A DNA stretch of 55,110 bases from a virus. Taxonomy: Duplodnaviria > Caudoviricetes. A program made the position numbers and the translations under genes. Below the pieces are notes generated by a model. It searched no databases and was not told where the DNA came from. It saw nothing but the letters and a program-made list of their open reading frames with translations. Shown here piece by piece: positions 52,191 through 55,110 of this stretch (within the stretch, counting starts at the first letter, position 1; each line of letters starts with the position of its first letter). The DNA lies in the IMG/VR virus record IMGVR_UViG_3300021197_001923, positions 1-55,110 of that record; one strand, written 5' to 3'.

Positions 52191-55110
52191 ATGGCAGGTT
52201 ATATACGCCAATCAGTCGCTGACATTATTAACGGCGCTGACATTACAGCACCGCCAATCAATGCTGAGTTTAACCAACTTGTCTCCGCATTTAATGCGAG
52301 TTCGGGACATGCTCACGACGGCTCTACGGGTAACGCTCCGAAAATTAATCTGACGACTTCAATCTCAGGATATTTACCAGCAGCCCACGGTGGCGTCGGT
52401 GGTAAAAACAAAACTGATGCGACGTCAGCGCCTCTAACAACAAATGACAACACCGAAGGCTATGCACCTGGCTCCATTTGGGAAAACACCTCAAATGGGC
52501 GGGTGTATATTTGTGTTGGAAACACCACAAATGCAGCCGTCTGGCGTGAACTGGTAACCGTAATTTCTGGCAACAAACTTGAACCTGTTGCCCACAACAC
52601 CATCGACATCGGGACGCCCAGCGTAAGGTTTCAAGATTTGTATCTGCAGGGCGGATCAGTAATCGCTGGCAACTCAAGTTTCGGCGGCACTCTCACGGTC
52701 ACAGGCAACGTTACAGGATCAGCAAACCTTGCGATCACGGGTACTTCCACCCTCACAGGCGATGTGTCTGCTGGAGGCGCTCTGACGGTCACTGGCAATA
52801 CAACTCTCAATGGGAATACCACAGTCGGTAACGCTGCTTCAGACACCATTACATTTAACGCAGACGTTGCTTCGCACCTTTTACCATCAGCTGACGACAC
52901 CTATGATTTAGGTGCCTCTGGTGGCCCAGAATGGCGTAATTTGTACATCGATGGCACAGCCCAAATCGATACGCTTGATGTGGACGAGAATGCTAATATT
53001 GATGGCAATCTCACTGTCACTGGAACGGTAGGTGTTACAGGTTTAACAACCGTTGCAAATCTCACTTCCACAGGCACTGCAACGCTTGCAACTGTGGACA
53101 TAAATGCAGGTAATATTGATGGCACCGACATTGGTACGTCCAGCAGAGGTGCAGCCAGCTTTACCACAGTTAATTCAAACGCTGGCATCACAGGCGACCT
53201 CACGGGCAACGTAACTGGTAACGTCACAGGCAATATCACCTCGACAGGAACTTCGACCTTCTCTGCCATCGACGTGAATGGTGGAAACATCGACAATGCA
53301 GTTATTGGTGGCGCCACACCTACCGCAATAACTGGAACGACGATTACAGCCAATTCAGGCTTCACTGGGGCCATTACAGGTAATGTGACGGGCAATGTGA
53401 CAGGTAACGTTACAGGCGACGTCACGGGCGATCTGACAGGTAATGTGACCGCTTCTAGCGGCAGCACCTCGCTCAACAATTTGACCGTCAATGGGACGAT
53501 TGATGTCACCAATGCAACTATAGACAACGTCACCGATCCTACGTCCAATCAACAGGCCGCAACTAAAGCCTATGTTGATACGCAGGTCAGTAATTTGGTG
53601 GATAGCGCACCAGGCGCATTGGACACTTTAAATGAACTTGCAGCTGCCATTGGCGATGACGCAAACTTCAGCACCACGATCACAAATTCAATCGCCACTA
53701 AAGTTCCTTTAGCTGGTGGTACGATGTCGGGCGATCTGAACCTTGGCACGAACAAAGTCACAAACCTTGGTACGCCTTCAGCGTCCACAGACGCCGCTAC
53801 AAAGGGCTATATCGATACGGTATTCGGCAGCACCTCGTCTGCGGCTACCAGCGCTACAAACGCCGCAAATTCGGCCACAGCAGCGGCTTCAAGCGCAACC
53901 AGTGCAGCGACCAGCTATGACAGCTTTGATGATCGTTATTTGGGCGCAAAATCTGATCTGGCTACCAGAACTACGGACAATGACGGTGACGCCCTTGTAA
54001 CTGGCGCACTGGCATTTGATTCAGTCAATAACGTGATGAAAGTGTGGAGCGGTTCAGAGTGGGCAGCAGCCTCATCATCCATCGAAGGTATTAAGTCCAG
54101 TTTCCGTTACGTGGCAACGGCTGGACAAACCACGTTCTCTGGCTCCGATGCTAACAGTAGCACGTTGGTCATCGATCAGGCTGGGCTTACAAATGTATTC
54201 CTAAACGGGGTACGCCTAGTTCAAGGGTCTGGTCAGGATTACACCGTATCAGCTGCCAACAATAGCGTAACCTTGCTATCAGCCGCAGCGGTTAATGACG
54301 TGATGGAGATCGAAGTCTTCGGCAACTTTGCTGGTCAGTCTGGTGCTGCTGTAGCGATTACGGGCGGTAGCATCACTGGTTTGAGTTCGCTTGATGTTAC
54401 AGGTACGCCTACCTTTGACGGATTGACGGTTGATGGAAGTGCTTCAATAGGAACGAACACTGCGGGTATTCTCAGCGTAAAAGGTGGCAGTTCTACTTCT
54501 TCACAAGTTCGTTTCTTTGATGGTGGCACAGCACGGGCAAGAATTGGCGTACCAACAGGCCAGACTTATTTAAGTCTTTCTGGGTCGGACACGCTCACCG
54601 CTGACGTTGCGATTGATGCGACAGGTAATTTCATGGTGGGAACTCTCGACAGCACACCTATCGGGTCTGGTGGTACTGCAATTACCTCTGATGGGCGTAT
54701 AGATATTTCAAGGAATGATGGACTAGCCGCTCAATTTGAAAGACGTACTAATGATGGGAACATTGTTAGCTTTATTAAAGATGGTAATTCTATCGGAACC
54801 CTCGGTAGCAACACAACAGGCGGTCAAAGTTTATTTGATATAGCGTCAAGAAGTAATGCCGCATCAAACATGCGATTTTTAACGCATGATGGTTCCTCTC
54901 TACAAGAAGTTATGCGCCTCAGTAGTAGTGGATTATTAACCAAATACGGTGCTTCTACTTTTAATGAAGGGGGTGCAGACGCAGACTTCCGTGTTGAGAG
55001 TGACAGCAACGCTAATATGCTGTTTGTGGATGCTGGGAATAATCGGATTGGTATTAGAAACACTGGTTACAATACTACAGCAGATTTAAATCTGCTAGGA
55101 AAGGGTCTTA
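52191..55110 (+). CDS. Long tail fibre N-terminal part, 3' partial (absent from the ORF track)
   Basis: MAGYIRQS...GHAHDG; TGNV repeats; AATKAYVD; LDTLNELAAA; in frame with DFRVESD at 54984. Confidence 0.88.
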   Translation, partial: MAGYIRQSVADIINGADITAPPINAEFNQLVSAFNASSGHAHDGSTGNAPKINLTTSISGYLPAAHGGVGGKNKTDATSAPLTTNDNTEGYAPGSIWENTSNGRVYICVGNTTNAAVWRELVTVISGNKLEPVAHNTIDIGTPSVRFQDLYLQGGSVIAGNSSFGGTLTVTGNVTGSANLAITGTSTLTGDVSAGGALTVTGNTTLNGNTTVGNAASDTITFNADVASHLLPSADDTYDLGASGGPEWRNLYIDGTAQIDTLDVDENANIDGNLTVTGTVGVTGLTTVANLTSTGTATLATVDINAGNIDGTDIGTSSRGAASFTTVNSNAGITGDLTGNVTGNVTGNITSTGTSTFSAIDVNGGNIDNAVIGGATPTAITGTTITANSGFTGAITGNVTGNVTGNVTGDVTGDLTGNVTASSGSTSLNNLTVNGTIDVTNATIDNVTDPTSNQQAATKAYVDTQVSNLVDSAPGALDTLNELAAAIGDDANFSTTITNSIATKVPLAGGTMSGDLNLGTNKVTNLGTPSASTDAATKGYIDTVFGSTSSAATSATNAANSATAAASSATSAATSYDSFDDRYLGAKSDLATRTTDNDGDALVTGALAFDSVNNVMKVWSGSEWAAASSSIEGIKSSFRYVATAGQTTFSGSDANSSTLVIDQAGLTNVFLNGVRLVQGSGQDYTVSAANNSVTLLSAAAVNDVMEIEVFGNFAGQSGAAVAITGGSITGLSSLDVTGTPTFDGLTVDGSASIGTNTAGILSVKGGSSTSSQVRFFDGGTARARIGVPTGQTYLSLSGSDTLTADVAIDATGNFMVGTLDSTPIGSGGTAITSDGRIDISRNDGLAAQFERRTNDGNIVSFIKDGNSIGTLGSNTTGGQSLFDIASRSNAASNMRFLTHDGSSLQEVMRLSSSGLLTKYGASTFNEGGADADFRVESDSNANMLFVDAGNNRIGIRNTGYNTTADLNLLGKGL

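Larger units (their letters stand above)
1..55110. mobile_element. HMO-2011-type marine podophage genome, near complete and permuted, probably temperate; alphaproteobacterial (likely Roseobacter-group) host
   Basis: Terminase, portal, capsid, tail tube and ejection genes; PolA with DnaJ-type Zn insert; recombinase-primase-helicase-pol order; alpha-type LexA boxes; no host genes. Confidence 0.9.

Noticed and set aside
55050-55110. Direct circular join of the window end to base 1
   Set aside because: The fibre frame ends with one spare base, and joining gives ACG GCA AGA TGA, out of frame with the 2..1342 ORF. A gap is likely.

Overview
This window is a near-complete ~55 kb genome of a marine alphaproteobacterial podophage of the HMO-2011 type. 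The diagnostic features are a PolA with a DnaJ-like CxxCxGxG insert, a tyrosine recombinase ahead of the primase-helicase-pol genes, and a class II RNR. Both ends of the window fall inside a repeat-rich tail-fibre gene. The plus strand carries the packaging, capsid, tail, ejection and lysis genes. The minus strand carries the replication and nucleotide-metabolism genes. A second integrase sits beside an intact attP (18-bp tRNA-Gly-like 3' core flanked by 3+3 arm repeats), so the phage is probably temperate, yet I see no CI-like repressor. The most novel signal is non-coding. There are three candidate sRNAs. sRNA-A (17683-17758, minus strand) has multi-block complementarity to the leaders of the ssb-to-RNR operon and of a gene next to attP. 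sRNA-B (34961-35100) has a 15-bp match to the RBS of an Rmf-like gene. Alongside these are LexA, CtrA and NrdR-like boxes, a recurring TAGTGCACTA operator, and an exact 22-bp inverted repeat bracketing the replication module. Together they suggest an RNA-based lysis/lysogeny circuit (inference). Also notable are a HlyC-type acyltransferase coupled to a Gly7-N-terminal acidic protein, a recurring CCAC x CC RNA loop before the scaffold and capsid genes, and a CGATCG/GCCGGC-rich island near the likely genome end. All calls were made by eye, with no database searches.
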